Shown in pieces: positions 18,824 to 28,430 of a stretch of DNA of 31,732 nucleotides. Positions within the stretch are counted from its first letter, which is position 1, and each line of letters starts with the position of its first letter. Location of the stretch: positions 1 to 31,732 of the forward strand of contig JBKJLC010000114.1 in the NCBI GenBank assembly GCA_046597055.1. Reading direction: 5' to 3'. The translations under genes and the position numbers were made by a program. A model generated the notes under the pieces. That model made no database searches and was not told the origin of the DNA. It was given only the letters and a program-made list of their open reading frames with translations. Source of the DNA: Kofleriaceae bacterium (GTDB taxonomy: Bacteria; Myxococcota_A; Polyangia; Haliangiales; Haliangiaceae).

Positions 18824-20986
18824 TCAGAGTTCGCGGCCGAGCGTCACCAGCGCGGTCAGCGGCCCGCCCGGCGTGAAGTGCACGTCCTCGCGCACCTCCG
18901 CCATCGGCGTGACCCGCGACGCCTCGGCGAACTGGGCCTCGCGCCACGCCGCATCGAGCAGGTTCTCGACCGTGAGCCCGATCGTGGTCGCGCCGATCCG
19001 GTGCTCGGCCACGACGTCGACCAGCAGGTAGCCGGGCGCGGTCAGCGAGCCGTCCTCGTTGGCGATCCGATCGTCGATGCCGCGGACGCGCACGCTGGCG
19101 AGGCTCGGGCCTCGCGTCACGGCGACGCCACCGCCGCCCATCAACCGCGGCGCCAGCGCCAGCCCGCCGCCGTTGCCGCGATTGGCCACGAAGGTCGACC
19201 GTCCGACCGCGACGTTGGCGTCGAGTCGCAGCCACGACCGCGGCTGCCACGACAGGTCGAGATCGAGCCCGCGCCGACGGGTGGGATCCGACGGCTCGGT
19301 GCCGCCGAGGTCACCGCTCCACACCTGCTCCGACGCCAGCCGCAGGTACCAGAGCGCGGCCGACGCCTTGACCTCTTCGCCGATCGCGACCCGCGCGCCG
19401 ACCTCGGCCCCGATCGCGCGGGCCAGCGCGCCGTCGCCGTCGGTGGCCACCGCGGCGCGGGCGTCGTTGGAGTGAAAGCCGAGGCCGGTGTTCACGAACA
19501 CGTCGAGCTCGTCGGTGGCCCGCACGATCGCCGACAGCTTGGGGCTGATGATCGCCTTGCGCGCGTCACCGCTCACCGAGCTCATGGAGTCAGCGGTCTC
19601 GGGGTCGAGATCCTGCACGCGCCACAGGTACTGATCGGCGCGCAGCCCGGCCAGCAACCGGAGGCGGCTCCCGATCGAAAGATCCTCCTCGAGGTAGGCC
19701 GAGACGGTGGCGATCTGGTTGTCGGCGCGGTTGCACGGGTTGAGATTCTCCCAGCAGGTGTCGACCCGCTGGCGCGCGGCGGTGTGCCAGAGGTCCGCGG
19801 TGGTCGCGTCACCCCGCACCTGCACCCCGGCGAGGAGGAGCCCGGCCAGGCCGCGCGCGTGGTGGGTCCGCCGGTAGGTGGCGGCGGCCCCGCCGAGCAG
19901 GCGATCGTCGTTCTGCTCGATCTGGTCGCCGCGCTCGGGGTCCCGCGCGAACAGCGTGAAGTTCGAGTAGAGCTGCAGCCGGTAGTCGACCGCGTACGCC
20001 GACAGGTCCCAGGCCCCGGCGGCCGGCGTCCCCTTCGACCATCCCAGTGAGGCCGAGGCCCGGCGCGACCCGCCGCCTTCGGTCGGATCGAGCGAGCCGA
20101 ACCGGTCGAGGCGTCCGCCCGCAACCTCGCGCGAGGGGATCTGACCGGATTGGTCCCAGCGCGCGGCGTAGAAGGTCGCCGCCGCGCGCGCCTCGCCACC
20201 ACCGAGTGGATGGCGGCCCTTGGCCAGGACGTGCGCATGACCGAAGCCCTGGGGCGCCAGGAACGGGCCGTCGGTGTAGCCGACCTCGCCCGCGAGCATG
20301 GCCGCGCCGCGCGCGAGCGTGGGGCTGGTGATGCCGACCAGCCGTGAGGTTGGACGGCGGAACGCGATCGGGCCGGCCAGCTCGGTGCCACCGGCCAACC
20401 ACAGCTTGGTCCCGGGTGACGGTGCGGCAGTCTGCACGTCGATCGCGCCGGCGGTGTAGTAGTCGCCGAAGCGCGCCGCGTACGGGCCCTTGTGGACGTC
20501 GATCGTGGCCACCGTCTCGGGGATGAGCCAGTGGGTGTCGGCGTAGCCCTGGCCGTGGCCGTGGCTGGTGAGGTTGACCGGGATGCCGTCGACGAAGATC
20601 GCGACGTCGGTCCCGTGGTCGGCGTCGAAGCCGCGCAGGAAGTACTGGTCGGCCTTGCCGCCACCGGCGTGCTGGGCGACGACCAGGCCTGGCGTCTGTC
20701 GCAACAGGTCCGAGGGACGATGGTGGGGGCGCTGGCGCAGATCGTCGTGATCGAAGTGGACCGACGACGCGGCCTCGGCCGGCGCCTCGTCGTCGACGAT
20801 GATCACCTCGTCAGCCTCGGCCAGCGCGGCGGCCTCGGCGAGCGCGGCCTCGTCGGGGATCGGCGCAGTGCGAGCGATGGGAGCCGCGGCCGGCGTGGAA
20901 GCGGACTGGCTGGCCACCGGGCCCGCCAGCGCGCACAGCATGGACGTACACAGGCCGGCCGTCCGGCCGGTCTTCAGTCTAGACAT
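18824..20986 (-). CDS. TonB-dependent receptor with His-rich plug (putative metal uptake)
   Basis: GGAGGA RBS; signal peptide; plug QHAGGGKADQYFLRGFDADHGTD...SHGHGQGYAD; ENLLD and terminal beta-strand. Confidence 0.93.
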   Translation of the reverse strand: MSRLKTGRTAGLCTSMLCALAGPVASQSASTPAAAPIARTAPIPDEAALAEAAALAEADEVIIVDDEAPAEAASSVHFDHDDLRQRPHHRPSDLLRQTPGLVVAQHAGGGKADQYFLRGFDADHGTDVAIFVDGIPVNLTSHGHGQGYADTHWLIPETVATIDVHKGPYAARFGDYYTAGAIDVQTAAPSPGTKLWLAGGTELAGPIAFRRPTSRLVGITSPTLARGAAMLAGEVGYTDGPFLAPQGFGHAHVLAKGRHPLGGGEARAAATFYAARWDQSGQIPSREVAGGRLDRFGSLDPTEGGGSRRASASLGWSKGTPAAGAWDLSAYAVDYRLQLYSNFTLFARDPERGDQIEQNDDRLLGGAAATYRRTHHARGLAGLLLAGVQVRGDATTADLWHTAARQRVDTCWENLNPCNRADNQIATVSAYLEEDLSIGSRLRLLAGLRADQYLWRVQDLDPETADSMSSVSGDARKAIISPKLSAIVRATDELDVFVNTGLGFHSNDARAAVATDGDGALARAIGAEVGARVAIGEEVKASAALWYLRLASEQVWSGDLGGTEPSDPTRRRGLDLDLSWQPRSWLRLDANVAVGRSTFVANRGNGGGLALAPRLMGGGGVAVTRGPSLASVRVRGIDDRIANEDGSLTAPGYLLVDVVAEHRIGATTIGLTVENLLDAAWREAQFAEASRVTPMAEVREDVHFTPGGPLTALVTLGREL

Positions 20987-21040
20987 GAGTCCTCCAGGGG
21001 GTTGGGCGTGAGCAGCGCTACGCCGTGCCGGGAGGACCTC
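20987..21040 (-). promoter_or_regulatory. SD-sequestering mRNA hairpin formed with the RGPP codons
   Basis: In the mRNA, GAGGUCCUCC (RGPP codons) pairs with GGAGGACUC (RBS). Inner stem GGCGU-AGC/GCU-C-ACGCC contains the uORF stop. Confidence 0.7.
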
Positions 21041-21461
21041 GATTGCGATCGGTGGCGGGTGGCCGCGGCGCGCCGACACTGGCGCCGGCCGCGGGTGCGC
21101 GGGTGGCGAGGACGACCTCGAAGCACCACGGCACCAGCGGGGCGCGGGTGGCGATCAGCGCGGCGTCGAGATGCTCGGGTGCGCCAGCGCCGTGCTCGCC
21201 GGGAGCGTCACCGGGGTGGTGATGATCTGGGTGCTCGCCGGGCTGACCGGCCGGCGCCGACGTCTCGTGGCGGTGGCCGTGATCGACCGCGGTGCGGCCT
21301 TCGGGCCCGCGCGCCTCGGTCCGCCAGCGCGCCGCCTGGGCGCGGGCGACCGCGACCTCGAGCCGGTGCACGATCGTGTGCAGCGCGGGCAGACCCACCT
21401 GCGTCGCGAGCGCGGCGAGGGCGCCGACGATCGCGATCCGGCGGCGGGCCTCGGTCAACAC
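21018..21461 (-). CDS. His-rich exported leader protein ending in RGPP (DUF2946/CruR-like candidate arrest peptide)
   Basis: GTG 6 nt after TATTGT; N-terminal hydrophobic segment then LHTIVH; DHGHRH..HPDHHH..EHG..EH; Pro/Ala linker; NRGPPGTA stop 31 nt before the receptor ATG. Confidence 0.8.
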   Translation of the reverse strand: MLTEARRRIAIVGALAALATQVGLPALHTIVHRLEVAVARAQAARWRTEARGPEGRTAVDHGHRHETSAPAGQPGEHPDHHHPGDAPGEHGAGAPEHLDAALIATRAPLVPWCFEVVLATRAPAAGASVGAPRPPATDRNRGPPGTA

Positions 21462-21680
21462 GTGGGCACAATACGTCCCGCTGGGCCGACTGGATCGACC
21501 CGGTGCGACCGACGGCCGCACGGTCGGCCCCGAAGGCGACCCGGGTTCGCGCGCTGTCACCGGTCGTCAGAGGTCGGTCGCGCGGGGTCGCGGGTGCTCC
21601 CGGACGACGGTGCGCACGCGCGCGCGCATCGGCCCCGGCGCGATTGCCGAATGGTAACAGCGATCTGCAGCCCACGAGCC

Positions 21681-21696
21681 CGGCACGGACTCTGCA
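21681..21696 (+). promoter_or_regulatory. Possible sigma54 -24/-12 element
   Basis: CGGCACGGACTCTGCA, GG-N10-GC. Confidence 0.35.
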
Positions 21697-21786
21697 TGAT
21701 GGCGTGCGCCGGGTGCGTCCGCGAACGGCCGCGCCCGCGCCGGCCACATTGACCTGAGCCGGCCGGGTCGGTATGGGTGGAACGTC

Positions 21787-22137
21787 GTGCCCGCCCTGCT
21801 GCGTCTCCTCGCGCGCGTCATCACCGTCCTGGTGATGCTGGCGCAGCCGGTGACGTCGATCGCGTCGGCGGGCTTGCAGGGTGAGGTTCACTGCTGCTGT
21901 CCGGACCCCGCCCTCTGCGAATGTCACGATCACAAGCACGCGTCGCACGACGCGCCGAAGATGCGACGCTGCGGCGATCCGGACGTGAACCGGCTGGTCG
22001 CGCCGATCTCGCTGGCGGCCCTGCCGCCGCCGCCGGTGCCCATGGTGCTCGCGACCGACCTCGTGAGCGCGCTCCCCACGCTGATCGTCACCGTCCCGGC
22101 TGACCGGGTCCTCGAGCTCGAGAAGCCTCCGTTCTAG
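21787..22137 (+). CDS. Cys/His-rich exported leader protein ending in KPPF (candidate arrest peptide)
   Basis: N-terminal TM/signal; HCCCPDPALCECHDHKH...RRC; Pro-rich linker; EKPPF stop. TTGACC-17-TATGGG upstream. Confidence 0.8.
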   Translation: MPALLRLLARVITVLVMLAQPVTSIASAGLQGEVHCCCPDPALCECHDHKHASHDAPKMRRCGDPDVNRLVAPISLAALPPPPVPMVLATDLVSALPTLIVTVPADRVLELEKPPF

Positions 22138-22219
22138 CGGGCGCGGCCCACGCCGCGTGCTCAATCCCGTTCGAACGATCCTGCTCTGTCCGTACTCCGG
22201 ACACGCTCGAGGCATATCC

Positions 22220-22924
22220 ATGCGATCGCATCATCTTTCCGTGCTCGCCGGCGTCGTCGCCGGCGCCCTGTCCATCACCACCACCGCCGAGGCCCACGTC
22301 TCGATCTCGAGCGGGCCGGCCACCGCCAGCAAGAGCCAGCAGATCACCTTCGGCGTCGGCCATGGATGCGAGGGGCTCGACACCCTGCGGGTCCGGGTCG
22401 AAATCCCGACCGGCATCACCAGCGTGCGCGCGCTGCGCAGCGACTTCGGGCCGCCCACGCTCGAGCGCGACGGCACCAACGTCACCGCCGTCGTGTGGCA
22501 GAAGCCGACCGCCGATCTCCTGGCGGGAGACGACGCGTACTACGACCTGGTGATCCGGGCCCGGGTCGGCGACGTCCCGTTCACCAAGATCAACTTCCGC
22601 GTGTTCCAGACCTGTCGCACCGCCGCCGGCGTCGAGACGACCGTGGCGTGGACCGCGCTGCCGGGCGAGACCGGCAATCCGGCCGCGACGCTGGTGGTGG
22701 TGCCGGCGCGCCAGCCGGGGTGGAACAAGTACGTGCTGGGCGCGACCACGAGCGTGGTGGCCGCCGATCTGCCGACCTACTTCGGTGACGCCCAGATCTT
22801 GTGGCGCGGCGCCGCCGCCTACAGCCCGAATCCGAACACGGTCACGATGATCGGCACCACCGCCGGCGTCACCGCGCTGGCCGACGACCTGCGGCCCACC
22901 CACGAAGTCTGGGTCCGGTACTGA
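22220..22924 (+). CDS. ycnI: YcnI/DUF1775 family copper-binding exported protein
   Basis: Signal peptide cleavage AEA|HV leaves an N-terminal His; F.V.HGC, V.IP.G, F...Q.C and W motifs. Confidence 0.88.
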   Translation: MRSHHLSVLAGVVAGALSITTTAEAHVSISSGPATASKSQQITFGVGHGCEGLDTLRVRVEIPTGITSVRALRSDFGPPTLERDGTNVTAVVWQKPTADLLAGDDAYYDLVIRARVGDVPFTKINFRVFQTCRTAAGVETTVAWTALPGETGNPAATLVVVPARQPGWNKYVLGATTSVVAADLPTYFGDAQILWRGAAAYSPNPNTVTMIGTTAGVTALADDLRPTHEVWVRY

Positions 22925-22925
22925 C

Positions 22926-23192
22926 ATGCGGCGCCTGACATCGCTTCTGGCCGCCGGCGCGATCGCCGCCGGCCTCGTCACCACCACCGGTTGTGGCGAC
23001 AACATGCCGTCGGTGCCCGGGGACGACGCAGCGGCGGCGGTGACCGACGCGGCCCCCGTCGCCGACGCACCGACCGACGCCGGCACCGACGCGGCCGCGA
23101 TCGGCCCGTGCCTGGATCGACCGACCGACCTGCCGCGTCCGCCGACCGGACAGCTGCCGTGCGAGCTCCTGCCGCCGGGGTTCGGCGCGTGA
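22926..23192 (+). CDS. Small lipoprotein
   Basis: TTGC lipobox; DA-rich linker; C-terminal CLDRP..LPRPP.GQLPCELLPP. Starts 1 nt after the ycnI stop. Confidence 0.8.
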   Translation: MRRLTSLLAAGAIAAGLVTTTGCGDNMPSVPGDDAAAAVTDAAPVADAPTDAGTDAAAIGPCLDRPTDLPRPPTGQLPCELLPPGFGA

Positions 23193-23653
23193 CCGCCGGG
23201 TCGACGCTGCGACCGCGGCTGGCGGCGCTCGCGCTGGTCTGGGTCAGCGTGATGGGAGGCTGCGGCGACGACGATAGCGTCGGGCTGCCGGTCGACGCCG
23301 CGCCGTCCGACGGCATCCCGCCGATCGACGCCGCGCCGCGCGAGGTCGTGACCGCGACCCAGTCACTGCTACCGGGCGAGCTGGTCGAGGGCGTCATGAC
23401 CGGCGGCCCGAGCGACCACGCCGTGATCCGGCTGATCGCACCGGTGATGGAACTCGACTGGAACATCCACGGCCACGCGAACGGCGCCACCCAGACCGTG
23501 TTCGAGCAGCTGAACCAGCTGACGGTCGACTACGGGTTCACGCCAACCGCGCAGTCCGACTGGTGGCTGCTGCTCCGCAACAGCGGGCCGGCGTCGATGG
23601 ACGTGCAGGTGCGGATCGAGCTCCACGGCAACCTGCAGTGGCGGTGGGAATGA
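23189..23653 (+). CDS. Lipoprotein with WNIHGH motif
   Basis: GTGA overlap with the upstream stop; MGGC lipobox; small beta-rich domain DWNIHGH...WWLLLRN. Confidence 0.8.
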   Translation: MTAGSTLRPRLAALALVWVSVMGGCGDDDSVGLPVDAAPSDGIPPIDAAPREVVTATQSLLPGELVEGVMTGGPSDHAVIRLIAPVMELDWNIHGHANGATQTVFEQLNQLTVDYGFTPTAQSDWWLLLRNSGPASMDVQVRIELHGNLQWRWE

Positions 23654-24030
23654 GGGCCCCCGGGCTCCTGGCGCTCGCGCTGGCCGGCACCGCCGCCTGC
23701 ACTCCCGAACCGCTGTTCGGCCCGCCGACGCAGTCGCTGTGTCCGCCAGCGTCGACCTTGACCTACCAGAGCTTCGGCAAGCCGTTCATGGAGACGTACT
23801 GCACCGGCTGCCACAGCAGCGCGCTCGTCGGCGCCGACCGCAAGGGCGCGCCCTCGTTCCACGACTTCGACACGCTGTTCGGCATCAAGGCGGTGAGCGA
23901 GCACATCGACGAGACCGCTGCGTCGGGCCCGGCCGCGACCAACGACTCGATGCCCAACCAAGGCCCGGACCCGACCCTCGAGGAGCGCCGCCAGCTCGGC
24001 GAGTGGATCGCCTGCGGCATGCCACCTTGA
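23650..24030 (+). CDS. Monoheme c-type cytochrome-like lipoprotein
   Basis: ATGA overlap; TAAC lipobox; CTGCH heme-binding motif; distal MP; W..CG.P end. Confidence 0.85.
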   Translation: MRAPGLLALALAGTAACTPEPLFGPPTQSLCPPASTLTYQSFGKPFMETYCTGCHSSALVGADRKGAPSFHDFDTLFGIKAVSEHIDETAASGPAATNDSMPNQGPDPTLEERRQLGEWIACGMPP

Positions 24031-24163
24031 CCCTCCCGACCTGACCGCGGCCGGCGGCGAGATCCGACACCGGCGTGGGGCCGACGGTGCGAATCGCGAC
24101 ACGACCGTGGGCCGCCGTGCCCACCCTCGTGACCGGCGCTTCACGATCGGGCACGACCGGCGG

Positions 24164-24179
24164 CGGCCTGCCGGTTGCT
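24164..24179 (+). promoter_or_regulatory. Possible sigma54 -24/-12 element
   Basis: CGGCCTGCCGGTTGCT; the GC lies 14 nt before ATG 24193. Confidence 0.4.
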
Positions 24180-24192
24180 CCAGCGGGGAGGC

Positions 24193-24876
24193 ATGACCGC
24201 TCCCACCGCCTGGCTCCTGTCCAGTCTCGCCGTCGCGCTCGCCCTGGGGACCTCACCGGCGCGGGCCGAGGTCGCGCTCGCCGCCGAGATCACACCGACC
24301 TACGGGTTCGGCGCGCGCGTCGGTGGCTACGGCTTTCGCCGCGACGCCGCGGATGCCCGCAGCAACTGGGACGAGTGCCGCATGAACGGCCTCGGCGTGT
24401 TCGGCGAGCGCCGGGTTGGCGCGCACCTGTTCGTCGAGGGCGGGCTCGACCTCTACTTCTCGGAGTCGTTCCCGCAGCCGCCGAACGACCAGGACCTGCC
24501 GATCGATCGGATCTCGGGGCTGCTTACCGCCGCGGTCGGGCTGCGCGCCGCGGGCCCGTGGCGCACGAGCGGCTACGCGCAGGTCGGGGTCGGGCTGGAG
24601 CTGACCCGGGTCTCGGTGCCCTACGATGGCGGTGCGATCTCCGATCACCTGGCGATGCCGGCCGGGTTCCTCGGCGTCGGCGGCGATCTCCGGGTCGGCC
24701 GCCACACGTACCTCGGCGCCAACCTGCGCGCTTACCTGATGGGCAACTTCGACTACGACCCGGACCAGCTGGACATGCAGCCGGGGTGGACCACGCCGCC
24801 GGCGGCGGCCGAGGTGTTTGCCCCGGTGCCCGATGCGGCCGCGCAGGCGCAGTTCTACCTGCGCCGGGACCTCTGA
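24193..24876 (+). CDS. Outer-membrane beta-barrel protein (small, OmpA/OmpW-like barrel)
   Basis: Signal peptide ARA|E; alternating Gly/aromatic strands; ends QAQFYLRRDL. Confidence 0.8.
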   Translation: MTAPTAWLLSSLAVALALGTSPARAEVALAAEITPTYGFGARVGGYGFRRDAADARSNWDECRMNGLGVFGERRVGAHLFVEGGLDLYFSESFPQPPNDQDLPIDRISGLLTAAVGLRAAGPWRTSGYAQVGVGLELTRVSVPYDGGAISDHLAMPAGFLGVGGDLRVGRHTYLGANLRAYLMGNFDYDPDQLDMQPGWTTPPAAAEVFAPVPDAAAQAQFYLRRDL

Positions 24877-25663
24877 ACAGGAGGACGCCGAGCGCGTAGA
24901 TGGCGCTGCGCGGCGTCGAGGGTTCGCCGCGCCACGCCTCCGGCGACATGTACGACGGGGTTCCCATCAGCGTGCCGGCGAGGGTGACATCGGGCGAGGC
25001 ACCGCCGGCGCGTTCGACCTGCTCGGTCAGCCGCAACAGCAGGACCGACGGGTCTTCGAGCGCGATGCCGGGCCGCGACCGCGCCGGATCGTCGGGCGCG
25101 ATGGTGGGGGAGCCGTCGACGGGGTCCTCGGTCGCGAGGACCGGCGAGCCCACCGCGGTGTCCATCCCGACCTCGGTCTCGGCCAGCTTGGCGAGCCCGA
25201 AGTCGAGCAGCTTCACCTCGCCGCTTTCGGCCTGGATGGCGTTGGCCGGCTTGAGGTCGCGGTGGAGCACGCCACGGCGGTGCGCCGCGGCCAGCCCGCG
25301 GGCCAGGTCGACCGCGATCTCGAGGATCCGGGGCCACGGCACCGGCCGCGGGAGCTTGTCGAGGCGCTCGCCGCGCACGAACTCGGAGACGAGGTAGCGC
25401 TGCTCGCCCAGCTCGCCGACGCGGAAGACGGTCACCACGTTCGGGTGGTGCAGCCGCGCGGCGGCGCGCGCCTCGATCAAGACGCGCTGCCGCGCCAGCG
25501 CGCTGCCGCGGTGGCCGAAGAGGAACTTCACCGCGACCGCGCGGTCGAGCAGCGTGTCGTGGGCGAGCATGACCTGACCCATGCCACCCCGACCGAGCGG
25601 TCGGAGGATCCGGTACTCGTCGAACTGCGCCGGCGGCGTCCATGGGTCCGGTGCTGAGCCCAT
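24874..25663 (-). pseudogene. Truncated Ser/Thr protein kinase
   Basis: GRGGMG.V, VAVK, HRDLKPAN, DFG and GTPSYMSPE are present. Homology stops at IYALGVLLF (subdomain IX; conserved Asp replaced by Ala), exactly at the stop of the convergent gene. Confidence 0.85.
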
Positions 25664-25756
25664 CCCGCCGCATGCAAGCACGGCCGCTCGCCCCGGGTCT
25701 CGGCCGGCGGAGTCGTCACCGTTTACAGGTGACCGGCCCCGTGTTACCGCCACGTG

Positions 25757-26558
<802 letters not shown>

Positions 26559-27459
26559 GCGCGGACCACGAGCGCGGTCGCGCGCCGAGGCGACGCATCG
26601 GGCTGGTCGATCGCGGCCCCGCCGCCGACCGAGGTGTCGCAGCGCGCGCTGGTGCCGGTGGCCGACGTGTGGTCCTGCCCGACCAGCTGACCCGTGATCG
26701 GGGACAGCGGCGCGACCAGCGGCGCCGTGTAGTAGGCATCGGGCCCCGGGACCGCCCGGGTCAGCTGGAGCGACGCCGGGCTGCCGTTTGCCACGTCGTC
26801 GATGAGGTCGCAGTAGTAGCCGCTGCTGGGGTTGACCTGCCAGCCGACCCCGACCAGCCGATACGAGGGCGCGCCCGTCGTCGGTGCGACCGCCTCGATC
26901 GCCAGGTCGGTGACGACGGTCACCTGCTCGCTCGGCCCGAGATCGGTCTCGGTGAGCGCGTTGACGTAGTCGGCCGCGCGATCAGTGAGGACCAGCGCGT
27001 CGTCGGCCACCGTCACCGAGGTCGAGGCGGTCCAGCGGATCGCCAGCTCGCTGCCATGGAACCCGTCGAACAGGAGCAGCCGATCACCGCCGCGGTCCGG
27101 GCGTGGATCGCAGGCGTCGCCGACGCCATCGGCGAGCTCGCCGATCGTGGTCTCACCGACGTCGAGCTGCGGGCCCGCGAGGTGCGGGCACGAGTCGCAC
27201 GGGTCATTGGCCTGGTCGCCGTCCTCGTCGAGCTGCGCGGGATCGGCGAGGTCGGGACACCCGTCCTCGTCGTCAAAGACGCCGTCGCCGTCGCGATCGG
27301 TCCGCGCGTCGGGCCGGACCGGCGCCGCGCCGTCGATCGGTGCCGACGCATCGCCGGCGAGCTGGGTGCCGTCGAACCCGCATCCGGCGGCGAGCAAGAC
27401 CATCGCGGCGGCGGAGATCCAGCGCATTGGTGACAGCATAGCGCCGCGGTCCCTGCGCC

Positions 27460-27699
27460 GGCTCAGGGCCACCGGGAATGGGGCGCACTTCCGATCACAT
27501 CGGGGCTCACGGCCACCGGGAATGGGGAGCGCTTCCGATCACATGAGGGCTCACGGCCACCGGGAATGGGGAGCGCTTCCGATCACATGAGGACTCAGGG
27601 CCACCGGGAATGGGGCGCGCTTCCGATCACATGAAAGCTAAGGGCCACCGGGAAAGGGTGAGCACTTCCGATCACATGAAGACTTGCGATCATCCTGAG
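27460..27699 (+). repeat. 5 x 44-bp tandem array derived from the REP-like element
   Basis: Units start at 27460, 27504, 27548, 27592 and 27636. Consensus GGCTCASGGCCACCGGGAATGGGGMGCRCTTCCGATCACATGAG, followed by the tail AGACTTGCGATCATCCTGAG. Confidence 0.95.
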
Positions 27700-27721
27700 A
27701 GGGTGGGCCAGCGAGGTGCGA

Positions 27722-28402
27722 TCAGCCGCCACCGCCGCCGCCGCCGCCGCCGCCACCGCCACCGCCACCACCGGCGACATCGACGATCGCCGCCGACATC
27801 GAGGCGCCGGCGAGCTGCGCCTGACAGCCGGACGCGACCGGCGCCATCGTCGCCGGATCGACCTGGCCGACCGCGACGCCGCTGAGCGACACCGTCAGCG
27901 GCGTCCCCGGCGCGCCGATCGCGGTGACCGTGACCGAGCCGCTGCGCGCGAAGAACTCCTGCACCGCCGGCAGGCCGTGCTCGGCGATCGCGCGCACGCA
28001 CACGCCGCAGGTCCGGTAGGCAAGCTCGTTCCCGGTGAGCGGAAACGTGCCGGTCCGCGCCACGCCGCCGGTGAACACCCCGAGCCCGTCCCACAGCTCG
28101 ATCTGCACGCGATCCGCCGAGCCCGGCAGCGTCGCGTAGGCGACGTGATACTTGCGGGTGCCCATGGTGCCGGGCTGGTTGCGCCGCTCGGCGGTGGTCG
28201 GCGTGAGGGCGCCGGCGGCCGGGATGGTCGCGGCCAGCCCGCAGGTCGCGGGCTGCGGAACCGACCCGTCGACGACGACCACGCCGGCATCGACGCCGGG
28301 ATCGACGGTGGGATCTTCGTCCGCAGGGTCCTGGGGCTCGCCGACGGTGCAGGCGGGGACGAGGGCGAGGAGCAGCAGTGGGGCGAGTTGAACCAGGCGC
28401 AT
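27722..28402 (-). CDS. Hypothetical lipoprotein with CxxC and C-terminal poly-Gly
   Basis: MRLVQLAPLLLLALVPAC lipobox; Y.TCGVCV; 16 GGC/GGT codons before the stop. Confidence 0.85.
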   Translation of the reverse strand: MRLVQLAPLLLLALVPACTVGEPQDPADEDPTVDPGVDAGVVVVDGSVPQPATCGLAATIPAAGALTPTTAERRNQPGTMGTRKYHVAYATLPGSADRVQIELWDGLGVFTGGVARTGTFPLTGNELAYRTCGVCVRAIAEHGLPAVQEFFARSGSVTVTAIGAPGTPLTVSLSGVAVGQVDPATMAPVASGCQAQLAGASMSAAIVDVAGGGGGGGGGGGGGGGG

Positions 28403-28414
28403 GACGAGCCGAGG

Positions 28415-28430
28415 AGCAAGCGCAAGGCCA
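28415..28430 (-). promoter_or_regulatory. Possible sigma54 -24/-12 element
   Basis: TGGCCTTGCGCTTGCT on the minus strand; the GC lies 13 nt before ATG 28402. Confidence 0.45.

Noticed and set aside
21462..21786. Cobalamin or NiCo riboswitch upstream of the TonB-dependent receptor
   Set aside because: No B12-box or recognisable aptamer by eye, and the leader ORF appears leaderless. An Rfam scan would be needed to exclude it fully.
27460..27699. CRISPR array
   Set aside because: Units are contiguous with no unique spacers, no cas genes are in the window, and the unit matches a dispersed REP-like element.
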